A stretch of DNA of 63,708 nt, the filler included, from Octopus bimaculoides (lineage: Eukaryota): assembly GCF_001194135.2 (NCBI RefSeq). It is 10 parts of 7 records of this genome, joined end to end, with 100 filler letters (N's around TTAATTAATTAA, not from the genome) between each part and the next. Parts side by side here need not be neighbours in the genome. Positions count along the whole stretch, not along the records: positions 24,829 to 36,913 come from NC_068991.1; positions 37,014 to 39,765 come from NW_026339201.1; positions 39,866 to 42,293 come from NC_068989.1; 7 more parts are not named here. One strand, given 5' to 3'. The notes under the pieces are model-generated. The model saw only the letters and a list, made by a program, of their open reading frames with translations. It ran no database searches and was not told the origin of the DNA. This document shows positions 28,697-40,314 of this stretch, one piece after another (position 1 is the first letter of the stretch; every line of letters starts with the position of its first letter). Made by a program: the position numbers and the translations under genes.

Positions 28697-29056
28697 TTTC
28701 TTTTACTTTTTTCAGTCATTTGACTGCAGCAATGCTGGAGGACCGCCTTAAAGGGTGTTAGTCAAAGAAATCGACCCCAGGACTTAGTTTTTGTAAGCCT
28801 AGTACTTATTTATCGGTCTCTTTTGCCAAACCGCTAAGTTATGGGGACATAAGCACATCAGCATCGGTTGCCAATCGATGGCAGGGGAGACAACCACAGA
28901 CAGACACAGTTTCTGTCTACCAAATCCACTTACAGGGCTTTGATCGGCCCGAGGTTATAGTGGAAGACACTTGCCCAAGGTGTCACGCAGTGGGACTGAA
29001 CCCGGAACTATACGGTCGGCAAGCAAGCTTCTGATCACACAGCTACGCCTGCGCCT
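28697..29056 (-). mobile_element. SINE family B copy lacking the central microsatellite segment
   Basis: Both ends match family B; GACAGACACAGTTTCTGTCTACC joins the two halves directly. Confidence 0.88.
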
Positions 29057-29071
29057 ATATATATCACACAT

Positions 29072-29455
29072 TGTTGGCACTCCGTCGCTTACGACGTCGA
29101 GGGTTCCAGTTGATCCGATCAACGGAACAGCCTGCTCGTGAAATTAATGTGCAAGTGGCTGAGCACTCCACAGACATGTGTACCCTTAATGTAGTTCTCG
29201 GGGATATTCAGCGTGACACAGAGTGTGACAAGGCTGACTCTTTGAATTACAGGCACAACAGAAACAGGAAGTAAGAGTGAGAGAAAGTTGTGGTGGAAGA
29301 GTAGAGCAGGGTTCGCCACCATCCCCTGCCGGAGCCTCGTGGAGCTTTAGGTGTTTTCGCTCAATAAACACTCACAACGCCCGGTCTGGGAATCGAAACC
29401 GCGATCCTACTACTGCGAGTCCGCTGCCCTAACCACTGGGCCATTGCGGCTCCAC
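29072..29455 (-). mobile_element. Full-length SINE family A with 12-bp TSD
   Basis: Reverse complement of the 26418 copy; TATATCACACAT at 29060-29071 and 29456-29467. Confidence 0.93.
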
Positions 29456-29500
29456 TATATCACACATACATACACGAATACATACACATACACACATACA

Positions 29501-29730
29501 TCTATATAAGACTAAAAGTCTGTGATTGTTTGCTTACGGGCTTGTCTGTAATTTAATTCAGCGAAACCGGTGCATAATAGGAAAATACTTTGAAAGTGAG
29601 GAACCCTTGAAATGTGAATACAAACGGAATAAAACAAGTTTTGCGTAAATCAGACCACGGGTTCCCGAGATACGCGGTTTTTTCGGATACTTTGAACTAT
29701 TGGTGACCCAATGGGTCACGGGTAGTCTAG
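29501..29730 (+). mobile_element. Non-autonomous Helitron (230 bp)
   Basis: 5' A|TC (TCTATATAAG), subterminal hairpin GTGACCC-AAT-GGGTCAC (29703-29719), 3' CTAG|T; A/T target with no TSD. Confidence 0.8.
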
Positions 29731-29842
29731 TTTAGTATATATATATATATATATATATATNNNNNNNNNNNNNNNNNNNNNNNNNNNNNNNNNNNNNNNN
29801 NNNNNNNNNNNNNNNNNNNNNNNNNNNNNNNNNNNNNNNNNT

Positions 29843-29881
<39 letters not shown>

Positions 29882-29934
29882 AATATAAATGTATATACAT
29901 ATTTATATGTATGGCTGTGTGCGCGCGTGTGACT

Positions 29935-30140
29935 TTGTGTCTGACCCGTCACTGTTTGACAACCGATGTTGGTTTGTTTACGTCTCCATAACTTAGTAGT
30001 CAGGTAAAAGGGACCGATAGAATGAGTAATCAGATTTAAAAATATAATCGAGATTGATTTGGTCGACTAAAACCTTCAAGGTTGTGCACCAGCTTGGCCG
30101 CAGTCCAAATGATTGAAACGAAGTAAAAGATAAAAGATAA
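29935..30140 (+). mobile_element. 3' half of SINE family B (old copy)
   Basis: TTGACAACCGATGTTGG...GACCGATAGAAT...GGCCGCAGTC...GAAAC...GTAAAAGATAAAAGA. Confidence 0.75.
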
Positions 30141-31283
30141 AACAATAAAGCCTTAAATATGTACATTTAAAAATCTTGCTTTTTTTTTTCCAAGCGTAAG
30201 AAATATATCTAACGAGGACAGTGTTATATGATAGGTTATTTTAGCGACTGCACCGCATTTTTGAATTGGCAAAGAAAACAAAATGGCGCTTGTAACTATC
30301 CAGAGCAATATAGTGTAGTCTCTATTGTACTCGACCAAACAATAGCATCCTTGTTAAATACTTAAACAATTACGTATTTTACATTATTAAATATGCACAG
30401 AAGTGCTAGCGTTTTTTTTTAAAGACAAGTTAATAATGTTCATGTGTATTGTTTTCTGGTTACTTTAGAATTTACATTCCTAGAATGAAGGATCGACGAT
30501 GTATGGACATGTGGAAAATGGAAAGAAAGCCTGGCATTTTGGTCCTGCAATGTAGCAGTTGGCTTCATTAGTAATATAACTTTCACGTTTCCAGATTGCA
30601 GACGTGCCTGACGCGAGTTATTTTGTCTTTTAATATTCCCGTTTTCGTAATAAATGTATTGTTCGTCTAGTTCTGTTTATTTTAGGTTATTTTTTTTTTT
30701 TTACCAAATAACGAATTCATATATTCAATTTCCCGGATGGAAGTGTTTATACAAAATTCTTTGTGCATAATTTGCATTTGCTGCGGGATGTGTTTGTCTT
30801 CGTATTTGTTTCTGTATTGTTGCATAATTTTGTTATTGTAACTAGTGTTGTTAAACCAAAGTTTGTTTTTATCCTGTTACGTTTGCACGAACAGAGAAAA
30901 GAAGGATCAATAAACCTAATAGAATAAATATTATTAAAGTTGATTATTTTCCCAATATTCCCTATTCATCGATGGAGAGATGTTTCTCTGAAATGATTTC
31001 AATGTTAACGACATTATCGTCACCCCCTAGTACCACGTTTTGTAACTTCCGGTTGGTTCTGTTTGTTTACGTCTGGTCGAGCACAGCCTCTAACAAATAG
31101 GACAATCAGGATTGTTTGCAATAGACTGTGTTGTGGTACGGAATGTTAGCGTTCATTCTGTTAGCTGCGAAAAGATTCTTTACTGATATGTTATATCTGA
31201 GTTGAAGAAAAGTAGTCAAATTAACATGTATGTATGTATGTATGTATGTATGTATGTATGTATGTATGAATGTATGTATGTAT

Positions 31284-31783
31284 GTGCTCTCTCAAGTCGA
31301 TCCTCTCCTTAACCTTCTTCCTCCATCCGTGGCGATGACAAGCATTGTTCTCCCAGTCAGTGTCCTGCAGATCACGGGCCTTTAACGAAGACTTGACACA
31401 GTCCTTAAAGCGCAGCCTTGGTCTCTGCCGGAGTCTCCTTCCATTCACAAGTTCTCCATATAGCATCTGCTTAGGAATCCTGCTATTCTTCATTCTAATA
31501 AGGTTAAGCATGAAGAACTTAAGCGAGCTGCGCGAAAGCGCACGGCTCGTATAGTGAATGGGGAAAGCTTGGTCTACAATGTTTGCAGTCGTGTATGCTT
31601 GTCAAGAGCAGGGCTCATTATCCACCAACGGATAGTCCTAGAGCGCACAATGTTCCTGAAGGTCGGCAATGGTCTTCCTCGGTNNNNNNNNNNCCACCAA
31701 CGGATAGTCCTAGAGCGCACAATGTTCCTGAAGGTCGGCAATGGTCTTCCTCGGTCACGAGTGGACGGCCATCATCATCATCA
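31284..31783 (+). mobile_element. 5'-truncated RTE (BovB-like) LINE with inverted 5' segment, inside (TGTA)n
   Basis: 31284-31500 reads on the minus strand as IRMKNSRIPKQMLYGELVNGRR..RPRLRFKDCVKSSLK...WRKKVKE. 31504-31783 reads on the plus strand as HEELKRAARKR...CSRVCLSRAGLIIHQR plus 3' UTR and (CAT)n. The uninverted copy at 43316-43688 shows these segments are contiguous in the parent element. Confidence 0.88.
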
Positions 31784-32590
31784 TGTATGTATGTATGCGT
31801 GCGTGTATGTATGTATGTATGTATGTATGTATGTATGTATGTATGTATGTATGTATGTGTTTGTGTGTGACTAAATCCGAAACCAGGTGATTGCAAAGGG
31901 CTTTTCTTAGCCACATATCTACGCCTGCTCCTATGTATTACTCTTTTTTGTAGAAGGATATTTCTTTCGTTCATGGTTTTGCCTGCAAATTTATCTATCT
32001 TCTAGAAATTGAGTGCATCTTGGGTATTTTTTCTTCCACTTCTATGTTTGAACATATTGTAGATGCATTCGTTTTTGCTGTTGGTTTTTAGCAGGTTCTG
32101 TCGAGGTAGTATTAAACAGCAGTCAAAGGCTTCTACTATTGATTTTAAACATCATTCCCAGTCTTTTCCACTGGGCTGCTTCGGTCGATCTTAAACAGTT
32201 TTCCTATTTCTATCTTCTGAGAGAGTCAGCCGATATCGTAAAACTGGGAAAACTTCCAATTAGTGTTGGAATCTTGCGGGGATTTAATATTAATGGAGCT
32301 GACTTTTTTTCCTGTGGTCCAATCAAGTATTTCAAGAGTTGATACGATACTAGTAGTGAGATTGCAAATGCATTCTGGGATATTGTCTTCTTGTAGGAAA
32401 GAAGCAATATCCGACGAATTTTTAAAACATGCACTTTCATAAATATATTTTTGATTGCAGCATTTTTGTGTTATTCGTTTTCGGCAACATTATGTTGTTG
32501 GTAGCACTTATTGCGTAGAACAGCAGAAGTAGAGAGAAAGAGAGAGTGAGGGAAGAATGGAAAAGAGAGAGCGAGAATGGAGGAGAGTGT

Positions 32591-32657
<67 letters not shown>

Positions 32658-33472
32658 GAGGGAGAGAGATTATTGATGTGAATACTTTCTGTCTCGTAAG
32701 TAATTTTTCCACATGCACCTATAAACAATGTATATTTGCTTTGGCTAAATTTCATCACGATATCAGCTGAAAACATTACGAAATCCAGTTATTTCTCAGT
32801 ATTATGGATATTTTGCTGTGTAAATACTTAGATCACCAAGAAAGATATTATGGGATGCATTGGTGTAGGTCCCAGTACGTAACCACTGGCATTTGTAAGA
32901 GAAATTACATTAGGCTTAGTGCCAAATTAAACAGAAACATATGTAGATTCTTTCCTTGGAATATTCAGTTCAAAAGCTTTATATATAAAAAGAGGTAATC
33001 GGTGTGCTTCCAGTTGCAAGATGTAGATGGTTGACAACATCAGTGAGCATTTCACTGGTTGCTCTTAGGGTAGGGGTTATGTTTGCTAAATGTTGCCAGA
33101 AGTAGGAAATAAAGTCAAACGCTTTTATGTAATCAAGCCACACTGCCATAAGGTTTCTGTGGTGTTTTCTCTTTTACTTTAACCAATACAATTTAAGTTA
33201 TTCAGCATATCTTAACATTAATGTACTTCAAGCTTGCTGCTCAGCGAAGAGCTTGTGTAATGCTATACGTAATGTGTAAAAACAAACAATAGACCTATAG
33301 TTTTCTGTTAAGACGTTTTTTTTTAAATATATATTCTTGGTTAAATGATTTGTCTGTACAACACTAACATCTATTAAATCTCTACCTAGGACTATCCATT
33401 TTTGCAGCTTCCCTTCACTCACAGAGTTTATGATGTATATTTAACTACTGTTGTTGGTGCAGTATTTCTACA

Positions 33473-33577
33473 GTGGAGACGCGTGGCTTAGTCTTTAAGG
33501 CGTTGGACTCATGTTCGTAAGATTGTGGTTTCGATTCCTGGACCGGGCGACTCGTTGTGTCCTTGAGCAAAACACTT
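33473..33577 (+). mobile_element. tRNA-derived SINE head (family D)
   Basis: GGAGACGCGTGGCTTAGT...TTGGACTCATG...GTTTCGATTCCTGGACCGGG...GAGCAAAACACTT. Confidence 0.75.
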
Positions 33578-34257
33578 GGCTACCGGAGATAAGGTGTGTG
33601 CGTGTGTGTTTACGAAAAACATTCCAGCCGTGATAACACCTCTTTTTTTTTTAAAGATGGTAGGGTTGTATAGTGTGTAGGTCATGTATCGGTGCAATTC
33701 TATCTCCTAACAATGACTACCAGTCCACCACCACCACCACCACAGCTAAAACTACCACCATCATCACGACGACGGAAATGATGACGACGACGACGACAAC
33801 GATCACCACCACCGCCACCACCACCACCACCAATTGCTAATCTATCGTGTGTTCACAACGTTACCCGCTATTCTTTCTAGCCTAAGGTTTTACTCTCAAT
33901 AAATGTTTATTTGTTTTTAAATTCATTATTCATAAATGGCGAACAATCTCACTCCATTTATATGTATATGTAGTTCACATTCTCCTCATCCCTCCTAAAA
34001 TATGGGCCCTTTATGACGATTCAGTAACAATTGTCCATTACCATTGTAATATACATATATACATACAAAATATGGCAACCAGCACATTATGCTGTATACC
34101 GCAATATCGAAATCAATATTCTAGATACGTTATTTAAAAGTGCAGCGCTAAACGAAACTGCGTTGTAAGGAGTTGTACAAAACATGGTCTAGATATAAAG
34201 GCAATCGCGATCAATAAAACTGACACAGTGTTATTTGAAACCAATATTTCAGATATT

Positions 34258-34700
34258 AGAAGGCAAAGTCGTTACCGCGCCCCCAGCAAAATGCTTAGTG
34301 GCATTTCGTTCGTCTTTACTTTCTGTGTTCAAATTCCTTCGAGATCGACTTTGTTTTTCATCCTTTTAGGGTCGATAAAATAAGTACAAGTTGAGCACTG
34401 GGGGTCGAGGCAATCGACTTACTTGTAACTGATGGCCTTATACCAAAATATGAAACCACTATTTATCTCAGATATTTGAAATCGGTGAGCTGGCAGAATC
34501 GTTAGCATGCCGGATAAAAAGCTTAACGGCATTTCGTCTGTTTTCACAGTCTGAGTTCAAATTCCGCCGAGGTCGACTTTATCCTTTCCAGGTCGATAAA
34601 ATAAGTACCAGTTGAGTACTGGAGTCTATCTAATCGACTAACTGTCCACCCCCGAAATTGCTGTTCATGTGCCAAAATTTGAAATGTATTTTTCAGATAT
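34258..34700 (+). mobile_element. Two tandem SINE family C copies
   Basis: Same motifs as 4549-5176; TCAGATATT occurs before, between and after the units. Confidence 0.85.
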
Positions 34701-35559
34701 TAGTATTAAGGGGCAACACGTAACTTTCTTCCATTTGTCTCAAGAGGAAGTATTTATTGTAGATAGTTGTGTATAGTTGTTCGTGTCAAATCTAGAGTGC
34801 AATAGGCTTTTGTTTTGTGTTGTTAGATCGTTATTAAATAGAAGAAAGACAAAATCAATTCTGGTGGGATTCGAACTCGGAACTTAAAAGATGTGGAACT
34901 CAGTATTGGAAACCATTAATTTGGGCTTCTAAACACTGCTGCTATGTCACTGTTCTGGAAAAAAAAAATTCTATTATAGGCAAAACGCCCAAAATTTGAT
35001 ATATACTGTATATAGAGAAAGACGATGAAATATCCATATTTGTTTGCATTGTGACCTCTATATATATGTGTGTGTGTGTGTGTGTATGCGTGTGTGTATG
35101 TGTATATGTATATAATGCATGTATGTATGTATGTATGCGTCTATGTTTGTATGCAAGTAGGTATGTGTATATGTGTATATATATATATATATACGTGTGT
35201 GTGTGTGTATGTGTGTGCGTGTGTGTGTGTGTGTGTGTTCATTTGTTTTTGGTTTTAGTTTTCGAATTTTTCGCCTACGGAGAAAGAACCGGTCTCTTTC
35301 CTTGAAGCAGACTCTCTCAGTGGAATTTGGATAGCATCAAACAAGGTAATCTTGCATCTATATATGGTTGCATTATTCATGTATGCATGCATGTATGTTT
35401 GTATGTGCGTATGTATGTCTGTACGTATGCATGCATATATGTATCCATGTATATGTGTGTGTGTGTGTGTGTATGTGTGTAAGTAGGCATGCGAATGTGT
35501 GTGCATGTGCGCATGTATGCATACACATATAAAAGTGTACAGGCGTTCGTGAGCACGAG

Positions 35560-36054
35560 CATGGATGTCATTGCTCAACTGATTTCCACAAACGAGCACG
35601 TTTCTGTTTATGGTCCCACACAAAAATATCTGGCAAGTTTTGTTTTAATTTATTGGCTGTTATAATTTTTAAGTTCCAAAAATATTCTTTTGACCCCTCG
35701 GTCTCAATAGAGTAATCTTAATCCGATCGCTTTTTCTTTGTCTTTATTCTGTCCCAGGTTTTTCTGGCCATCACATCACATCTCCCTAGAAGACAGTATC
35801 TAGAAGGTATTCTCTTGCAGTTGGTAATAATAAGGGTGGTGTCTTTAGTTTCAGGTTTGCACGGCCTATATTTGTTATCCGTCAATGTTTTTTGCCTTTT
35901 ATGCTGTAGGTACTAAATGGGGATCTCTTGTTTTTGAATTGTATGGAGGAAGCTTTGAAGGTCATAAAAGTGTCAGTACCCCATGCCGAATTTTTTATGT
36001 TTATGGTTTGGACCTTTTGTTCTATGTACACATGCACTAACATCTCAGCGAACT
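35560..36054 (-). mobile_element. Old fragment of the second Dong-like family (zinc knuckle/RLE region)
   Basis: SFLHTIQKQEIPI*YLQHKRQ..., TTLIITNCKRIPSRYCLLGRCD, KEYFWNLKI and NLPDIFVWD are collinear with the 10300-10680 translation. Confidence 0.7.
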
Positions 36055-36350
36055 NNNNNNNNNNNNNNNNNNNNNNNNNNNNNNNNNNNNNNNNNNNNNN
36101 NNNNNNNNNNNNNNNNNNNNNNNNNNNNNNNNNNNNNNNNNNNNNNNNNNNNNNACACACACACACACACACACACACACATACTCACAAAATATCATTA
36201 AAATTATATTAATATTTCCCAAAGTATATGTTAATACAACGTTCTCAAGGCGATCCAAAATTAATGAAATTCGAATTGAATTTCACTAATTTTGGATCAC
36301 CCTGACAACGTCGTATTAAGATAAACTTTCGGAATATTAATACATATAAA

Positions 36351-36625
36351 GTGAAGGTGCATGGCTTAGTGGTTAAGGTGTTGCACTCACGATTGTGAGA
36401 TCGTGGGTTCGATTTCCAAACCGGACGTTGTGCTGTGTTCTTAAGCAAAACACTTCATTTCACGTTGCTCAACGATCATTTCGACATCTGACATGTGGTT
36501 CCCGTTGCACCTGTACAGGTAATGTCGTTCTGATGGAGGGAGTGAGCTTATGTTTAGACAAGCATTTGATCGCTATAATGAAATGATCAGTGTGATTGTT
36601 CGATGAGAAATTGTCGAACCCTCAG
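36351..36625 (+). mobile_element. tRNA-headed SINE related to family D in its head, with a different body
   Basis: GGTGCATGGCTTAGTGGTTAAGGTGTTGCACTCACGAT...GGTTCGATTTCC...GCAAAACACTTCATTTCACGTTGCTC. Confidence 0.75.
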
Positions 36626-36874
36626 CAAGAGAAACAATTGTTGGCTTTATAAGATGAGATCTATAATAAAGATGTCAATTTCTCTGTACGCATTTTTGTT
36701 CTCAAGTACTCTAAATTTCTCGAAATTCTGCCAAATGATATTTGGATTTACCTGTCATACATGAGAATTTACATGGAATCTGTATTCCATTTACATTTAC
36801 TGGTGTTTAATTGTTGAACATTGGTAACCAAATTCTTTTAATACTGAGTGCTTTACTGATATCTGCCAGGATAT

Positions 36875-36913
<39 letters not shown>

Positions 36914-37013
36914 NNNNNNNNNNNNNNNNNNNNNNNNNNNNNNNNNNNNNNNNNNNNTTAATTAATTAANNNNNNNNNNNNNNNNNNNNNNNNNNNNNNN
37001 NNNNNNNNNNNNN

Positions 37014-37720
37014 TGTATGGGTATTTTCGAAGCCTGCTGAATACCATTTTCTATGAGTAGTGACGGATACTTTTGCTTGAGCAGAAATTCTTTCAGTTCC
37101 ATCAGGCGCTGATTTCTGGTCTCTAGATCCTCTACAATAGTACATATTCTCCTGGGTAAGCAGTATGGGATGTTGCGTTTTGTATGGGGTGGATGGCACG
37201 ATTTAAAATTCAGGTATTGGTGTGTATCTGTGTGTTTATAATATATATCTGTGGTAATGGTGGTGTTCTTTTTAACTACCATTATATCTAGAAATGGTAA
37301 TTTGGTACTGCTCATCTCCTTTGTAAATTGGATGGGTGAGTGTAGGTTGTTCAGGAGGGTGTTGAATTCTTCCACAGTGTTTTGAGATTTTGTCCAGATT
37401 ATAAAGCAATCATCAAGGTATCTCTTCCATGCTTTTTCTATAAACTTCCTAAATTCAGTGTTGTATCTCTCTTCTATTTCCTGGTAGAGTTTTTGTTCCA
37501 AGTAACCCATCACCGAATTCACATAAACGGGAGCAAACCTCGTTCCCATAGCCGTGCCTTTAATTTGGATATAGTTCTTTCCATTGAAGAAGAAAGTATT
37601 ATTTTCCAGGATAAGTCTCACTGATTCTAGTATAAATGTCACCGTGAATCTGTTGGGAATTGCTTCTCTGTGTTCATCTACCCAGTATTCGACCGCCTTT
37701 ATTCCTAAATCATGTGGGAT
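37014..37720 (-). mobile_element. Penelope-like element reverse transcriptase fragment (Penelope/Poseidon type), open reading frame intact within the visible part
   Basis: IPHDLG, ILENNTFFFNGKNYIQIKGTAMGTRFAP, WKRYLDDCFIIW, IQFTKE...LPFLDI, TDIYYKHTDTHQYLNFKSCHP. Confidence 0.93.
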
Positions 37721-37786
37721 ATATATATATATATATATATAAATTGTAAATGTAAAAATAAAAACAAAACACAAAGGATTCTGCGG

Positions 37787-37825
37787 TACACGTGTTTCAA
37801 GCTTTATAGTTGTTACATCAGTGTA
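37787..37825 (-). ncRNA. Possible degenerate hammerhead ribozyme in a Penelope terminal (pLTR-like) segment
   Basis: TACA-CTGATG(T)A-...-GAAA-CACG-TGTA; the core deviates from CUGANGA and stem II is poor. Confidence 0.3.
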
Positions 37826-38854
37826 TAATTGACCGTATANNNNNNNNNNNNNNNNNNNNNNNNNNNNNNNNNNNNNNNNNNNNNNNNNNNNNNNNNNNNN
37901 NNNNNNNNNNNNNNNNNNNNNNNNNNNNNNNNNNNNNNNNNNNNNNNNNNNNNNNNNNNNNNNNNNNNNNNNNNNNNNNNNNNNNNNNNNNNNNNNNNNN
38001 NNNNNNNNNNNNNNNNNNNNNNNNNNNNNNNNNNNNNNNNNNNNNNNNNNNNNNNNNNNNNNNNNNNNNNNNNNNNNNNNNNNNNNNNNNNNNNNNNNNN
38101 NNNNNNNNNNNNNNNNNNNNNNNNNNNNNNNNNNNNNNNNNNNNNNNNNNNNNNNNNNNNNNNNNNNNNNNNNNNNNNNNNNNNNNNNNNNNNNNNNNNN
38201 NNNNNNNNNNNNNNNNNNNNNNNNNNNNNNNNNNNNNNNNNNNNNNNNNNNNNNNNNNNNNNNNNNNNNNNNNNNNNNNNNNNNNNNNNNNNNNNNNNNN
38301 NNNNNNNNNNNNNNNNNNNNNNNNNNNNNNNNNNNNNNNNNNNNNNNNNNNNNNNNNNNNNNNNNNNNNNNNNNNNNNNNNNNNNNNNNNNNNNNNNNNN
38401 NNNNNNNNNNNNNNNNNNNNNNNNNNNNNNNNNNNNNNNNNNNNNNNNNNNNNNNNNNNNNNNNNNNNNNNNNNNNNNNNNNNNNNNNNNNNNNNNNNNN
38501 NNNNNNNNNNNNNNNNNNNNNNNNNNNNNNNNNNNNNNNNNNNNNNNNNNNNNNNNNNNNNNNNNNNNNNNNNNNNNNNNNNNNNNNNNNNNNNNNNNNN
38601 NNNNNNNNNNNNNNNNNNNNNNNNNNNNNNNNNNNNNNNNNNNNNNNNNNNNNNNNNNNNNNNNNNNNNNNNNNNNNNNNNNNNNNNNNNNNNNNNNNNN
38701 NNNNNNNNNNNNNNNNNNNNNNNNNNNNNNNNNNNNNNNNNNNNNNNNNNNNNNNNNNNNNNNNNNNNNNNNNNNNNNNNNNNNNNNNCATTTCAACCGT
38801 GGTAATATAGTATAATATTGATAGGAAATAATAGCACCCACATTAATAATGCAA

Positions 38855-39045
38855 AAAATAAGAAATGAAAAATAAAAAATAAAAATAAGAGATAAAAAAT
38901 ATAAAAAAATAAAAGATAAAAAATAAAAAGTAAAAAATAAAAAATAAAAACATAAAGGAATTAAAAAATTAAAAAATTAAAAGATAAAAAGTAAAAAATA
39001 AGACATAAAAAGGATATAGAATAAAAATGTAAAAATATAAATTGA
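38855..39045. repeat. Degenerate (TAAAAA)n A-rich tract
   Basis: Directly visible; abuts the 5' end of the second Penelope-like fragment. Confidence 0.85.
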
Positions 39046-39765
39046 AAATGTAGGACGGAGCCTCTCATCTCCCAGGAACCATGGATTACCATTAAGGACC
39101 ATAAGAAAGGATTCCCAGAGAACATACAAGTGAGGTCTATATGCCCAACCAAGTCAGACATAGGCAGACTGAGTAAGACTATTCTAGACGGAGTAATCCC
39201 ACGAATTAAAACTCATATCCCACTTAGCATATGGGTTAATATTGAGGACGTTTTGAAATGGTTCAACTCTATCCAGTGTAAGAAAGACTTTTCTTTTATA
39301 CAATTCGATATATCAAATTACTATGCAAGCATTTCCCCTATCCTATTAAATAAGTCCCTGATTTATGCTCGCAACCTCTCCCTTATAGATAAAGAAAAAA
39401 TAGAAATCATACTCTTAGCTAGGAAAACTATAATAGAATTCGAGGGTAAACTTTGGACCAGGTCGGATACCCCTGATAACTTCAATGTGGCTATGGGCTC
39501 GAGCGACTCAGCTCAGGTAACTGACTTAGTCGGAGCCTTTCTACTGAAGAGGCTATTCTCAGAGGTACCAGACCTCCAGGGGGGTCTATACAGAGACGAT
39601 GCTCTATTCATTTACCCTACCAATAACAAGAGCACCATAGAAAGAGTTAGGAAAAAGATTAGACGCTTCAAATCCTTTAACTTAAAGCTTGAATTTATGA
39701 CTAACTCTAAGATTTTTAATTTTTTAGATGCTACACTAGACTTAGATGAAGGACTCCACCACCCG
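39046..39765 (+). mobile_element. Penelope-like RT fragment of a divergent clade (Naiad-like)
   Basis: Open for 240 codons to the gap: WITIKDHK, CPTKSDIGRLSKTILD, VLKWF, FIQFDISNYYASI, FNVAMGSSDSAQVTDLVG, GLYRDDAL, FNFLDATLDL. The TxKDHK, MGSxDxAE-like and YRDD motifs are typical of this PLE branch. Confidence 0.8.
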
Positions 39766-39865
39766 NNNNNNNNNNNNNNNNNNNNNNNNNNNNNNNNNNN
39801 NNNNNNNNNTTAATTAATTAANNNNNNNNNNNNNNNNNNNNNNNNNNNNNNNNNNNNNNNNNNNN

Positions 39866-40272
39866 ATTATCATCCTGAAAGATTGTGTTTCCCTCCAGAA
39901 ACAGTTCCGCAACCATAGGATGAATTTGATCAGATAAAATGTTTAAATAGTTTTGACTGTTAATTCTGCCATGAAGGGAAACCATTGCGCCGGCGGAATT
40001 CCAAGATATAGCCCCACCCCCGATCATTACAGATCCTCCTCCATGTTTAACAATTGGAAGAAGGCAGTCTGGGTCAAATGCTTCTTTTGGCTGTCTCCAC
40101 ACGTATACTCGGCTGGTGGTCGAAAATAAGGTAAAGGATGACTCGTCCGAGAAAATAACATTCTTTCACTGCTCTGTGGACCAATTCTGCAGGTTTTTTA
40201 CTCCACTCTAAACGCTTTGCAACATTTATTTTTGAAAGTAGTGGTTTTCTGATTGCAGCCCTCTCTTGTTGG
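39866..40272 (-). mobile_element. Tc1-like transposase fragment
   Basis: RKPLLSKINVAKRLEW, VWRQPKEAFDPDCLLPIVKHGGGSVMI...INSQNYLNIL...IFQDDN. Confidence 0.9.
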
Positions 40273-40314
40273 GGCAATAATGACCTAATGGGGGAATTGT
40301 ACAGAGAGTGTTGA

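Noticed and set aside
31622-31755. 62-bp direct duplication within the RTE 3' end
   Set aside because: The two copies flank a 10-N gap exactly, so this is an unmerged contig overlap rather than biology.
33655-33675. let-7-like string GGTAGGGTTGTATAGT
   Set aside because: The seed (GAGGTAG) is not intact and no complementary star arm is visible.
35575-35600. In-frame TGA at an expected Cys position (FVEIS*) in the old Dong fragment, considered as selenocysteine
   Set aside because: The fragment has other stops and frameshifts, so ordinary decay explains it.
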